64,000 nucleotides of DNA, from the NCBI GenBank assembly GCA_973895155.1, contig OZ316896.1, forward strand, positions 3,224,001-3,288,000, written 5' to 3'. Of this stretch, positions 37,910 to 50,894 are shown piece after piece. Within the stretch, counting starts at the first letter, position 1. The number at the start of each line of letters is the position of its first letter. Origin of the DNA: Marsupella aquatica (lineage: Eukaryota; Plantae; Marchantiophyta). The notes beneath the pieces were generated by a model that searched no databases, had not been told where the DNA came from, and worked only from the letters and a program-made list of their open reading frames with translations. The translations under genes were made by a program, and so were the position numbers.

Positions 37910-38617
37910 CTCTCAAAGTGGGCGTTGTTGACTTTACATGAGGCTGGGTGCCGTTTGCTCCAGCCTGGTAGTATGTTTTCCCCCGTTTATACTAATTTTT
38001 GATAATGAAGTGGCTCCTGGTGTTGCTTTGGAAGAGGAGAGACTGAATGGCCCTCACGGTTTTGTTAAGCCCCCCTCAGAATACATCAGCGTCAGGTTTT
38101 GGAAGACTTAAAGAACTCAAAAAATCACACATATATATCATCATTGATTTGTCAGAAAGGAAAAATGTACACATGCAGTACTAAGGCAAGTAGGACAAAC
38201 AAAATTTAAGGAATCTATGGGCCGAGATGGGCCACTCTATGGGCATGCGTATGCAGGGAGAGAGAACATTAGTTGATAAAGGGAGAGGACAAACAGAGAA
38301 CTCTAAGCGCATGTCTATGAAGGAAGTAAAGAACATTAGTAGATACTGGAAGACTGGGAATTGCTCTGTGTTTGAATGAGTATTTATAAAGTTTCATTGG
38401 GTTGCTTGTTTTTTAGGGTAGCCACTAAAAGTGTCCCCTAACCTAAACCTGCAATTTTTAACCCTGTACTCCTGATATACTTGGTACTTTACACAAGAAA
38501 ATGTATTCTTTACATATAAATATAGGAAATGCAATAGATGTATATATACATTTTATGTGGGTATTTGATTTAGAGATTGCTTTTAAAGAAATTTTTACAA
38601 GGAACAATGTTGTATCC

Positions 38618-38672
<55 letters not shown>

Positions 38673-38684
38673 CCCCCCCCCCCC
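38618..38684. repeat. Compound microsatellite (CA)5(GA)~21 followed by poly-C
   Basis: Read directly from the sequence. Confidence 0.97.
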
Positions 38685-41600
38685 TCCTGGTGCTCCTCTT
38701 GTGCACTGCAAATAGGTCAAAAACTCTCCTACTCTGGTGATGATAGTATGATAGACGTGATGATAGTATGATAGACAGTGCGGACTCCTCAAATGTTTTA
38801 GTGTACATAACCATTAAGTCAGAGAACTTACTCACATTTTTGGTCCTTTTTTTCCATTATTTTTTAGAAATCCTACACCCATTCCCTACCTAGTTTTTAA
38901 TCTCCCCTGTTTCTGGGTAGGCAGAGATTGTAATGCATGAATTTAGCACTGAGGATTAAGGCATTCTGGTGCACGAAGAGTTTAGGTTCTGTTGTAATTG
39001 GGCTCATCTCCCAGAATTGGCTAACAACCTTTTGAAAATGCACCCAATTGCTGCTTCTGGATTGACTGCTTAGAACAGAGCTACTCACACCGCAGAGAAC
39101 TTTGCTTTGAGGGGAAAGGAGCCCAATCAAGATATATGTTCAGATTTATAACCTGCATGGCATGATGCGATATTGCGAGGACTTACTGACCTTGTATGCC
39201 ATCCTTGGTTTTACTATAGTGGAGCTTGTTCCTTGGTTCTATCCGGTCCCAGTTGAATTGACATCACTGTAGAACCCTCGTATCTTCTCCTTTTCTACTT
39301 TCATGGATGGGGTTGTACCGACATAAAGCAGCGTTTGATTTACATCAATGATTAGTCAACAACGTTTCTCTCTCAGTCTGCCAGGAGACGGGATGCCAGG
39401 CTTAATTTCATTGGCGTTTGCTATCCTGATATATAAGAGTGGCAGAAAGTGTCATTATATTTGAATGAAAGGTCGAATATATGTAAGTGGTTCTAATTAA
39501 TTTTGTGCGAACCCAGTTTTTCTTTCTGGCGATTGTTGGTAGACATGTGACACGCTCCCGAACGTTCTCCCTGGAATTTCACGTATGTTTTTCATAGAGC
39601 TTTCCATCCTGAATTTTTTGAAAGGTGGGGATGACATCTGCAAATTGAAGTCAAGAAGATGCCAGAACACTTCATGTTCTCAGCTTTCAAGTTGGTTTTC
39701 TCTCGTTTAGGCCGTGCTACTGTGACGGCTTGAGTCAACCTATCGAAAGCTTATGACTCTGCAATCCATCAAAGTTGCACTAAAGTTAGCATGCATCCGC
39801 TTTCAAGGGAATTCCGTGTGTGTACTTTTCCATTATCATCTCACGGCCTTCGCGAAATTTTGTTAGACAGCAAGTAGTTCATGTGTGATGTTGACACTTC
39901 ATGTTTACTTTGTTTCTCTGACCGAAATGTGTTCCAGACTGGAGACTTTTCGGATGTAGCAATTTATCGCTAAGCCCCGCACATTGATTCTCATCAATAC
40001 ATGTCACGATTCAACAGATTTACGTCGGTTGATTTGTCGCTCTAGCTGGTGATACGCTTTGCGCTTGTAGTAGCGTTAGTATGTTATTTGATCCGTTCTG
40101 GGAGCCCAGTACAACAATTTCAATGGAAGTGCAATTGTCCCTGCTCTGAACAGTTGTTGATATTCTTCTTATCAGCAAAATTATAATCTGGCTATAATTC
40201 GATCAGTTCGTTCATGTAACTGTCCCGCGTTCCTACTCTGAGGATCTTTTGTTTAATATAACAGACTTTTGCTCATTGGGTGAGTGTTTGTTTCAACACT
40301 CCCTTGCACCAGGCAATAGTTTGGTCTAAAATTTAATTTTGTTACAACCTGTTTACGAAAGTTCGGGAAGAAGAGGGGACAAACGAGAGGACAGAAGGGT
40401 TAGACAGAGAATTCATTAGAGGAGTGCGATTCTTAGATTTGGAGGAAGATCCCAGTCTCTGTGGAAGCAAGATTCACTCACCTAGCTTGCAGACACTTCC
40501 CTGAACTGGTCGACCGTTTCAGGACGGGAAGCATAGAGGCCAAAAATTGCTGAGATTCAACTGAACTAAATTGCTCTCTCATAGTGATTTGGAATTAATG
40601 ATCTTTTCGTTTGCCCGCGCGTTTGCTTCCGAGTTGAGGCTCAGGCCACAGCCTCGCTCCGAAAGGATGGCCGTCAATTGGAGAGACTAAGGAATAGTCC
40701 GTCCCCCTGAACTTCATTAAACATGCAATCTAGAGCCCGGAGAACTCTGATAGGAGTACTTGAGTCGTCTCCCACAAATACTGCTCGCCCAACTTCAATG
40801 TTCGCATTGTTTTCACAGGCTACGATGGGATGTCCTCCTTCAACTGTACAAGTACATAGGTCACGACGACCCACGATCAGATCCCAAAAGCTTTCTTGAA
40901 CGTCGCCGATGACTTTAAAAAACTTTCGAACAACGACGTACAGTTATACCTTCCCAGATCGCAATCCCAGTTAATTCGTTTCTTCGTTCCATATTCCAAC
41001 TCCTTTCTGCCCAAGAACAAAGCAAACTCGAAAGTAACCTCTTGGCGGCCGTCAGGCCGAGCCACATGTAATTTCCGGAAGTAAAAGAGAGCTTACATTC
41101 GCCCTTGTGAATGCGTCTCTATAATTACGCGGCGTCCCTAGACCACGTCGTTGCATTGCAAAAGAGTGATGAGTGTGAACAGAGTGAATGTCAAATGTGA
41201 TCATTTTCCGGAGGTAACTTTTTCGACTTAATTGTGAATGCGTCCTGCCTATCACGCGGCATGCATTTCAGGGACGTTTTGATCGAGGTTCCGATCACTC
41301 AAAATTCACCACGTCGTTGCCAAAGGATGAATGTGAACTAAAGTGAATCTCAAATGAACGATCGTTTTTTATTTGATTTAACGAATAATTAACGTGAGCC
41401 CCATTCCCTGGACAAAATGGGGAGATTGCATTCTAACAAGCATCGGGGTAACAAGCATCGGGCCACAAAATGAAAGATTGCTAGTCCTACAGAGCGGAAG
41501 ATACGAATCCCTGAAGTCCTCCGATCTCCGAGAAAATATTCTCAGAATTTAGACTAACTGGCTCTAGTCAGTTGGCTAATCATTAGCCTGGAACTCAGAG

Positions 41601-42219
41601 GTCCTAGGTTTACCCTCCCCTTCACACACAGGGACACAAAACTCCTCTTCCTCATATCTGTTCAAGAAAAAAGGACAGATATAGTTTGCGTCTCCGTGCA
41701 TTGATGAGACGACAAATATCTATCGAGACCACTAACGACCATGTTTGTCCATCACTTTTGTTCATGAACTTGGGTATAAGGAGAAAAGGCAGACTTGAGA
41801 ACTAACATAACAGGAAAGCCACAGCCGGAAAAAGGCAGCCCGGGCGAATATTGAGAAGAGGATCGTGGCAGGTAGCACTCGAATTGTCTGGAAAGCGTCA
41901 ACAAACTCGATCATGGCATTAGTTTACATCAGAAATCACGTAGATTCTCGCTAAAGCAAAAAGCGCGCGATGCCGGGGCGTGGTCCGGACTCCAGGAATG
42001 TTTAAAAGCCGCAGCACTTCGACAGGGAAGCTCATCGATCTCAAGCTCACTCCCAGCACAGTAGCCATATATCGCACCCTGTCACCTGAGGATCTAGTAA
42101 GTACTTAAACCTTACTAAGGATCTACTCCAGCATCGCTACTGTACACCGGGATTGAGCGCCAGGTCTCTCTCGATCTCTTCCTCTCGCTACTCGCTAGCT
42201 CCATCCAATCAATCGTCCA

Positions 42220-42627
42220 ATGGCCTACCGCGGGACGCTGCTATCTCTCCTGCTCGTGGCACTTGCGGCAGGCGTGGTCATAGATGGTGTGAACGGCGAC
42301 TCTTCGTTTGTCCGGCGCCGACTGGCTGGACAGGAGACTGGTGTGCCAGGTGCAGCGTCCACTAACTGCCTTATTCCATGCCTATCGCCCTTCTCCTGCT
42401 GCAAACTTCCAAACACCGGAATTCTCCCAGGCCTTTGCATTAACACCGGGACCGACCCGTTGAACTGCGGAATCTGCGGTAATGTTTGCCCTCTCGGTTC
42501 AATTTGCTGCAAAGGTAAGTGCACGAATTTGCTCAACGACCCCAACAACTGTGGAGGTTGCGGCGACAAGTTCAAGTGCCCATTGAAGGACGCATGCAAG
42601 TTTGGCATGTGCAAGTATGCCGCATAG
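42220..42627 (+). CDS. STIG1-family secreted cysteine-rich protein
   Basis: N-terminal signal peptide and the STIG1 cysteine pattern CC..C..D..NCG.CG..C....CC.G.C....D.NNCG.C...C....C.FGMC.YA. Intronless and intact. Confidence 0.92.
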   Translation: MAYRGTLLSLLLVALAAGVVIDGVNGDSSFVRRRLAGQETGVPGAASTNCLIPCLSPFSCCKLPNTGILPGLCINTGTDPLNCGICGNVCPLGSICCKGKCTNLLNDPNNCGGCGDKFKCPLKDACKFGMCKYAA

Positions 42628-45600
42628 GCTCGCAGGATGCATCCAAGCTGCAGCGTGGGTTAAGTTCATAGACTACGTGTACCGAGCAGGAGAAGATTCG
42701 AACAAAGTCGGAGCTATGTCGCGTCGATGAAGCTGTCAACAGTGGGTGGTATAAATACCAATAAATGGTCACGGGACGACATTGCAAGAAGGGCAGCTAG
42801 AACTATCAAAACAAACCTGAAGTAGGAACGAGTCAGATCATTTTCTACAATTAGGCGATATGACAATGAAAGCTAGCGATTTAGTCATCAGTGGATAAGC
42901 CAGTCACCAATTTCCCACCAGGCCATACGTAGACGAGTTGTATGAGTAGATTCTCATGAAGAACGATACGTAAGAATCTGGTCGCTGTTTGGCAATGAAT
43001 AAAAAAATCGTTGATTTACTAGAAGACAATTCCTGTGTCCCAGTAAAAAATAAGTTCGTTTGTTGAATGCAGTCAGCTACATTGACTGACGATTGAATGA
43101 TTTATAGAAGTTAAGATGAGGCCTCTTTGGCATTCTACTCAGCTTGCGATTTGCCGCTAACATTGTACCTGTCCAACTCGTCAATAAAGTATGAAATCTG
43201 ATTTCCTTGACTTAATTTACGCGGAATTGTTATGAAATTTCTTTGCACTGGTTGTAATCGGAGTTCACATTAACCTCTCAGACAGGTTAATGGGGACGTC
43301 TCACGCATCAGTGGTGATGATGATTAATTAGAGTTTAATATGTGTCTGACGAAGTATGCTTGAATCTGGAAACGGGTCTGGAAAATACAATCCTACCTAC
43401 GAAGTCCATTCCAGAACCAGGACCCAGGTCGCACCATGCTAGCTGGAACCCTGGTGGACGATCTCACACATAAACCGCGTGTAGTACCAGCAAGAAGTTG
43501 AGTTAGCGATATGACACTCGAACAGAATGTGATTGTTGGATTTGAAGCCATTGACGCTTTAATTAGATCTACTGAGTTCATATTCTTAGCGGGCAAAGAA
43601 ATTCTCTACAGCTAAAACACAATACGTACGTACAGCTTGATCCCACAAGTTTAGAGCGAATGGCGCCTTTAGCTTCTTTGCATTGCTTTCAATTTTCAGA
43701 CGATTGGAGCTCAATATATTACGACAAATTAACACGTTGATGGCTAGGCCTATAAATGTGGACGACTTGAGTACTGTTTACTTGGGGCTGAAGTGAGCAT
43801 TTCTTTGAATTCTCTCTTACAATTACATAGCATGAGCTCAATCTCGATTATTAATTCCAGTCCATGACCTTGGTTGTGGCGTCAGAGTCTTGCAGTCAGC
43901 CCCGGCCAATGCTCGATTTCTCCCGAAATCCAGGCGCTAGATAACTTTCGATCACGACGATGGGGTTCTTTGATGCGGCTCAGTCTTGTTGATTCTCACC
44001 ATGGAAACAAAATCAATGGCTCCTGTGTACTGTTTCACTCCCCTAAGCTCAGCAACGTATTGTGTCCGCAAAATGTCCTATAACAGTTTCCTTGCATGGT
44101 AGTATCAAATTATATCCGCGACCATATATCATTAATATTCTACCTTAATCCCCTTCCTCAATTCGATGAGGTTTGGATCGAGAACAGGTGAGTGATTCCT
44201 GGGAAAGTGGACTGGTTCAATATTCATACTGTGACACGTACAATTGGAGGACTGAATCCAAGCATTTTCAATTTCCTCAGACCCAAGTTGGCGGGGCCGT
44301 AGCTGTAGGATCAAGAATGGAAGAAAAAGGAACCAGGTTGGGTATTGGGAGATAGCAGTACACTCCGAGTTTAGGGCAGTTTGTCACTTCAATGAACTAT
44401 AAACGATCTATCCACCCAAGATAGAAAGCACATCGAGAGAGACTTGAAATCCATTATAGGATGTGGGGTCACTGCACGAGATTACGTACGTTACTGATAA
44501 TACAAAATGATTGTTGAAATTCCGATTCCCTTGACAACTGCATTATGATCAGTGCTTTTGCCGCTTGAAAACTCAGTTATTGTCCCATTACTTACATCCT
44601 AAGCAAAAACTTAGAGTTTGGTGAGATGCATGGCTCCCAATATATGTCTCGAAAAGCCACCCTCAGTTGTCGTTTTTTTTTCATGGATGTGAAACAGTCG
44701 CTCGAAACGACACTTAACCCTGAGACGCGACAATGAAACGGGAATCAGTGTTCTTTAAGATTTTCCAGCTTTGGGGAATGCATTCTTCGAAGTCACAAAA
44801 ACTCTTTTAGACGTCGATCAGGGAGAGAATGCTTGGTATGAATGATCTCTCTGTGAAGTCACAAATCACCTTGCTGACTTACATAGAGGACCTTCCAGGC
44901 TTGAATGAGTACATTTTCATTGAGCGTAGAGGCGACAGACAATTATCATGTCTTCTGTTAATCACGCAACGTGCCAAGCTAGAGCCCAAGCGTTTGATTG
45001 ATAGAAAAGATGGAATGATCAACTGGCCCACTTACAGATATGTCGAGCAATAGAGATCTGATAAGACTGAGGAAAAACTCCGAACACTCAATGCTGACTA
45101 TTGAATCGAGGGCTCAAAAAACGTTTTTGGAGAAAATCGCTTTGAGCAATTATCATCGCTGCCTTGATAAATGATTGATGAAAAAGGTCAGATGATAAAC
45201 TCCCCCAGAGCAGAACTCCCTAATCGAACACAATTCCTTTGGAAGTGAACGGTGCTGAGATAAAAATGACAAAATACTGTATTAATTATACGATATTCTA
45301 GATTCTTAGACGGAACGAGCCAATGTGGCTGGTTGGCGGAGGTATCTTTACGCTAAAGTTCCAATTCTGATTCAGTCTTCATTCCATCGACCTTGCGTTA
45401 CAAATGTAATTTTGAACAAGTAAAGTTTCCACCTGGAATCACTCCTGACTGTTCGTCAACCTCCAGGGTAGTTCCAGATCGTGTACGTTTGTAAGGCTTC
45501 CTTCGTATGCTCGGAGTCGAGAAAAAAGGAACAATCACCGTATTATGTCCTGTTTATCTCGCAACAACAGATTCTGGATTGGAGGGAGGAAAAACTTAGA

Positions 45601-46050
45601 AAACTGAATGCCGTTTCTTAAATTGGGGGCTCGGAAGATCTAAAACACTGTCTCTGGAAAAAGAAATTCTGAGCACTTAAATGATGTCTGCCTGGATTTA
45701 ATGTCTGATTCAATGATCCAAATGCTAATTAATACAAAGTGTGTCACTCCGAACACATTCGCGAAGTGCCACATGATGTTACCTAAGCAAGCTAATGGTT
45801 CTTGAGACTGATGAAGGAGTTGGCCACCTGCGCGCACCTCTGATCGACCCCCTCCAGCCGCTGCAATTATCTCTACTACCCGGAGGATAGGACTAAACAA
45901 TTTTCAGCTCTCGCACTAATTTTTCAGCACAGGGTCGATCACGAACTGAAACTATCAATCGATCACGAATTGAAACTGAAACTGAACGTACAAGCTATAT
46001 TATGCAAATTATGGCATCCTGTAATATCGTTGGAAAAATTGGGACTAAGC

Positions 46051-46761
46051 CTAGCCAAAGACATGGACGAATTTCGACAAGATGGTTTCCAAGCCTGCCA
46101 CCTCAGTCTCTGTGATGAAGAACGATTTCGCCAGAAGCTCAGGGTCGACGCCAACCCCAAATAAACCCACGGGCATGAGCTGAATCCCGGGATTCTGACT
46201 GTTCAGCACGTTCAAGCTCACTGCCGGCACCGTGCCCTTGTTGAGCTGGAAGTGCAGAAGACCTCTGGGGAAAATGAATGCCTCCCCCTTCTTGACGATC
46301 TTAGCGAATAGCTTGTTGGGGACTGCAGGGTTGTCGCTATTGGTCACGAAACCCGTATAGATCTCGCCCTCTAGGCAGAAGAGAATCTCGGTGGCCAAGT
46401 TGTGGGTGTGTGGCATGATGATCCCGCCGGGGTTGATGTCCAATCGAGCTAGACCCAATCCCAGTGTATTCAGTGCAGGCCAATCGCGAACAAACCCAAA
46501 CGTTGCGGTACCGTTGACGGGGTTGCCTGAAAGATTGGCAGCTTTGGCCAATCCAGAGAATGCGAAGTCTTCCGTTGTGACAGACTGTGCAGCTTTGCAA
46601 GGGTAGCCATTGGATACAGGGCCTCCTGCTGCCAGATCGGCCACACAAAAATCTTGCAGTGGGTCAGGATCACTTGCTCTGACTCCAATGCAAACGGATG
46701 CCACCGCTAGGATCGTGACGAAGAGTCTTAGGCGGAGCGGGGCTGAAACTGTAAAAGCCAT
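46051..46761 (-). CDS. Germin-like protein (cupin), secreted
   Basis: Signal peptide, SDPDPLQDFCVAD, NGYPCK, germin box PHTHNLATEI, and FIFPRGLLHFQ.N with the H/H/E/H metal ligands intact. ATG at 46761. Confidence 0.96.
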   Translation of the reverse strand: MAFTVSAPLRLRLFVTILAVASVCIGVRASDPDPLQDFCVADLAAGGPVSNGYPCKAAQSVTTEDFAFSGLAKAANLSGNPVNGTATFGFVRDWPALNTLGLGLARLDINPGGIIMPHTHNLATEILFCLEGEIYTGFVTNSDNPAVPNKLFAKIVKKGEAFIFPRGLLHFQLNKGTVPAVSLNVLNSQNPGIQLMPVGLFGVGVDPELLAKSFFITETEVAGLETILSKFVHVFG

Positions 46762-47894
46762 GATTCTGAAACACACAAAGGTTTAATTCCAAGGACGATT
46801 GACCTCTCGGTCCAAGCTAGAGATGGATACAATGCGCGAATACTAAAACTAGATCGTGGGCACTCTGAGTCCGAATGCCACAGCTCATACAGAACTCTCA
46901 GCGCGCGCTGGAAAATGTCAATCCAAGACTTTGTCTATTCTAACTAGCTATATAGACAAATTCTGTCACGAGGGCACACTGATAGATTGTGGTTCTAAAC
47001 ACAAGATTGCAATTGGCTATCTGGTACCTCAGTTGGGAGTGGTTTGTCAGCACTGAAGATCAAACTGGATTGAGAGCAAGATGAACTGAGAGTTGACTTC
47101 AAGCTGGTGCGCTATGAGCGAATGATGATTTGAGTTAGACAAAATGAAGCCTGGTATTTAAAGTCTTTTGTCCAATTCAGTACTCTTCATTACTTCCCTC
47201 AGGCACCGTGCGCAGGGCTATTAAGCGAAACTTCACTGCCCTTGGCTGGTCCAGGTGTACGAGCATCCCTGCCCCAAGACCGACAAAACGCCTGGTACGC
47301 AGATAATGCGGAGCAAACACTCGCAGAACACGTCTATAATGATAAGTCTACCCTCTGAGATCGAACGGCTGTTACGTTTGCTTCATGGAGGTATTGGTCA
47401 CTGCAGGTTCCCGGAAGGGACGAAAGAAATGGACGCTGCTGTCAAGTCGAGAGGGGGCTGCATCGTAGAGGCTTCGTGCTAAAGCAAAGCAAGCTAGAGA
47501 AGTGGACTTCAGTGCCGGAGAAAACTGGAGGTTCCCAGCTGAGGCTCGAGATACCTCATTCCAATGACAGATCACTTGTAGTACGTACAGAACTACTGTA
47601 CATCAATGATCCATCCAACCAAGGTAGAAAGCAGGTCGAGACAATCTTATTACAATATAACTCGATGCGACAGATCCCTTCACTCCAGGAGGTGTATGGG
47701 ATGTGGTCGCTGACTCGCAAAGTACAGTAGACAGGCTACGCATTAAAGAGAGGCTATGCAATAAAGAGAATTCTTGTTAAAGAGCTACAGGTGCTACTGG
47801 TCCATTGTCCATGGGAACCAAAATTCCATTAGAAGCAAGCATGTTTTTTTCTGAAATCGTGGAGTTTAACCCCAGAGTAAGCAATTGAGTGTAA

Positions 47895-50518
47895 TCTACT
47901 ACTATAATCCCCTATCCCCCCAAAAGTGGTATATGGTAAACTCGCTTTTGGAGAGAACATTCTCTGACCATTGGATTTATCCTGGCCTTTCATTATTCAA
48001 AAAGCAATCTCCTTAATCCAAAGGAGACAAAACAAGTATTTTGATATACCACTTAGATTCTCTAGGAGAAAGATATGGCATAAGGAGATATGGCATAGGC
48101 TCTCTGTGAGTGCCATGTGTTGTCATTGGGATGGGGGCACTTGGGTGCCATGTGTTGTCATTGGGATAGGGGCACTTGGGACACCATTATGAGGGGACAA
48201 GACTAGAAGCCATAGAGTTCAAAGTAGGGAGGGGAAATTAATTGATGCACCCATGGGTGAGGGGCTAAATATATATTGTGTTACCACCCATAAGTACCTA
48301 GGTGGAAGGGATGAGACAAAGTGGAGCAAGTGGAGATGAAAATACAGTAAAGAAATTAAGTAAGGAATAAGAGGGAAAAAGGAGAGAAAAGGGACAGCCT
48401 TGGAAGAGGAGAGCGGGAGGAGGGGGGGCAGGAGGCCATGAGGAGGAGTGGGGATGTCACCTTAGACCTAGCGTTGTGCAAATGCATGTGCCTCGATTAC
48501 CATCATCTATATATTTAGCTCACGCTCTCCACATCTTTTATGCAATGACATCGTTTACACAACATCTTAAGTGCAACACACGGGTATTGAACATGACCAC
48601 ACAATCTGTATGGTCGGGATCACACATAAAATGTCTCAACAACTATATCGCAAAGCTTACAATTATGTTTTTGCCTCACCTCGACATCTTTTCTTGCCTT
48701 GACACCTTTTTCTCTCGATTTTTCTTGCCTTTTCATATTTCTCTCTCCTTAAAAGTCTTTACCTTGCATTGACATCTTTTTTCACATCGACATCTTCATC
48801 TCACCACAACATTTTCTTCCCACCCTTGACAACTTTCCCCTTGTCATCATCTTTTTCTCTCCTCAAGATCTTTTCTCACCTTGACATCTTATCTTTTTCT
48901 CATCTTGCCATCTTTTTTTCACTTGACATCTTTATCTCACCAAGACATCTTTTCCTCATCTTTGCATCTTTTTCTCACCGGGTTCTCACCTTGCCATCTT
49001 TTCTCTCCTCGATATATTTTTCTCACCTCGACTTCTTTTCCTCACCTCGCCATCTTTTCTCACCTTGGAATCTTTATCTCACAAAGACATTTTTTCCTCA
49101 CCCTTGACATCTATTCTCTCCTTGATATATTTTCCTCATCTTTGCATCTTTTTCTCACCCGGGTTCTCACCTTGCCATCTTTTCTCTCCTTGATAATTAT
49201 CTTTTTCTAACCTCAACTTCTTTTCCTCACCTTGCTATCTTTTCCCGCCTTGAAATCTTTTGTGCAACACACAAGCATTGGGCTACAACACTACAGCAGT
49301 ATGAGTTGCCTCGACATTTAGTTTATGAATCATGAGTGATGGTGAGGTTCTTTCCATCTAACTCTGTAATATGCTATCCCGCCATTATTGGGTTTTGTCT
49401 ACTCACAAAAATTAAAAAAGCAGGATCCAATTCTAATTGTCCATTTAAAATATTGTTTTTTATCACTCTTAGATGCAAGCAACACTATCACATTGCCTCT
49501 CCTATCTGACACTAATTGGTATGGTAGAGGCTCACGTACACTTGCTTAGAGTACATGCACAAAGAGAAAAGACTCAGGTACACCTTCAAGAAGGACAAAT
49601 GTACTTGAAAGTACCATGATTATAGGTTGTACTAGAATGTAAAACTGATAATTGTGTTCATGAGAGATGATGGGATATTGGAGAGAAAATGGCTGGGTTT
49701 AGAAAAAAAAGGGGAGGGAGAAGATAAAAGGAAAACAAAATAATTTAAGGGAAAAATTTCAAGCATAGACATGTTAAAAAGGTGGGGAAAAGAGAAGAAT
49801 GGGAGAAAGGGGGATAATTTAGGATTTTTATCCCCCCAAATACTTATATTTGTATATATATTGTGCCAAGATAATGAGGATTTCACACCCATAAACTATG
49901 ACAAATATTCCTATGGTTTTTCACCGCAATCATCTTACAAAATTGGACTTTTATCATCCCAAAGAAAGCCTGGGAAGCAAAATGAAGAGGGGAAGAGGCA
50001 AGGGGAAAGGGGAACTAAGCGGGATATGTATGGGAAAAGAGAAGGGAGAGGCTTCATCTTGCCCCTTCCATTCGCAAGTAAGGGTGGAAAAATTGTCAAA
50101 TTTATTTTCTCACCTCAAAATCTTTTGCTCTACTTTACATTTTTTTTGCTCAACACCTTTTGTTCTCCTTTGACATCTTTTGTTCACCTCAACATATTTT
50201 CTCTCCTCAATTTTTTTCTCATCTCAACATCTATTTCTCTCAAAATCTTTTCTCTCCTGGACATGTGTTTCTCACCTAGCTCTACATTTTTTGTCTTCTT
50301 GATATCTTTTCTCTTCTCAACATCTTTTTCTCTCCTTGATTTCTTTTATCACCTCAACATCTTTTGTTCACCTCGACATCTTTTCTCTCCTCAACATATT
50401 TTATCTCCTCGACTTCTTTTATCATCTCAACATCCTTTTCTCACCTCGATATCTTTTCTCTCCTCGACGTCTTTTTTTCTCCTTAACTTCTTTTATCATC
50501 TCGACATCTTTTGCTCCC
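47895..50518 (+). mobile_element. Probable non-autonomous Helitron, 5' part; 3' end not found
   Basis: Begins A|TCTACTACTATAA exactly where homology to 22132-22262 stops. Interior has CT-rich degenerate repeats. Confidence 0.55.
48670..50518. repeat. Pyrimidine-rich degenerate repeats (TCACCTYGACATCTTTT), including a ~180-bp direct duplication
   Basis: Two blocks at 48670-49260 and 50110-50518. TTTCCTCATCTTTGCATCTTTTTCTCACC recurs at ~48951 and ~49132. Confidence 0.85.
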
Positions 50519-50894
50519 TGTGATGCCTAGACAGGAATCACTCGGCCAGTTAAGTGGGTAAAGCAGGAAGGCACCCTAGGAACACCTTAGTATAGGGACA
50601 AAACAAGGAAAATATAAACAATTAGGGGCAACCATGGAACCCGGGCCGAGGCCGGAGGTAAGGACACTGAGGGTGAAAACTCGATTAGGGTTAGGGCGCG
50701 TTAAGCGTCGGCGGCTAGGAAGGATCAACGGGAAGAAGGACCGGCAGAGGAGAGGGGTAAGGAGCGCTTGCAGGAGATGGTGGCTCATTTGCGAGCACGA
50801 ACTAGGCAGACGACTACGGGAGGCCAACTACTGTCAGCTGCTTAGGCAAGCACTCGGGGAGAGAGTAGATACCGACGATCGACCTAAGGAGGGT

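Larger units (their letters stand above)
30850..37990. mobile_element. Decayed PIF/Harbinger element (convergent Myb/SANT and DDE genes); TIRs not located
   Basis: A trihelix/Myb-like ORF on + faces a HARBI1-type transposase on -, the canonical Harbinger layout. Confidence 0.75.

Noticed and set aside
38400-38910. Search for Harbinger TIR and TAA/TTA TSD
   Set aside because: No convincing inverted match to any left-side candidate found by eye; element ends left undefined.
40674-41065. Two short minus-strand ORFs
   Set aside because: Non-ATG starts, different frames and no family motifs; more likely UTR.
49771-50523. 250-aa Phe/Ser/Leu-rich ORF (also 48769-49210)
   Set aside because: Translation of CT-rich low-complexity repeats that lack stop codons by composition.
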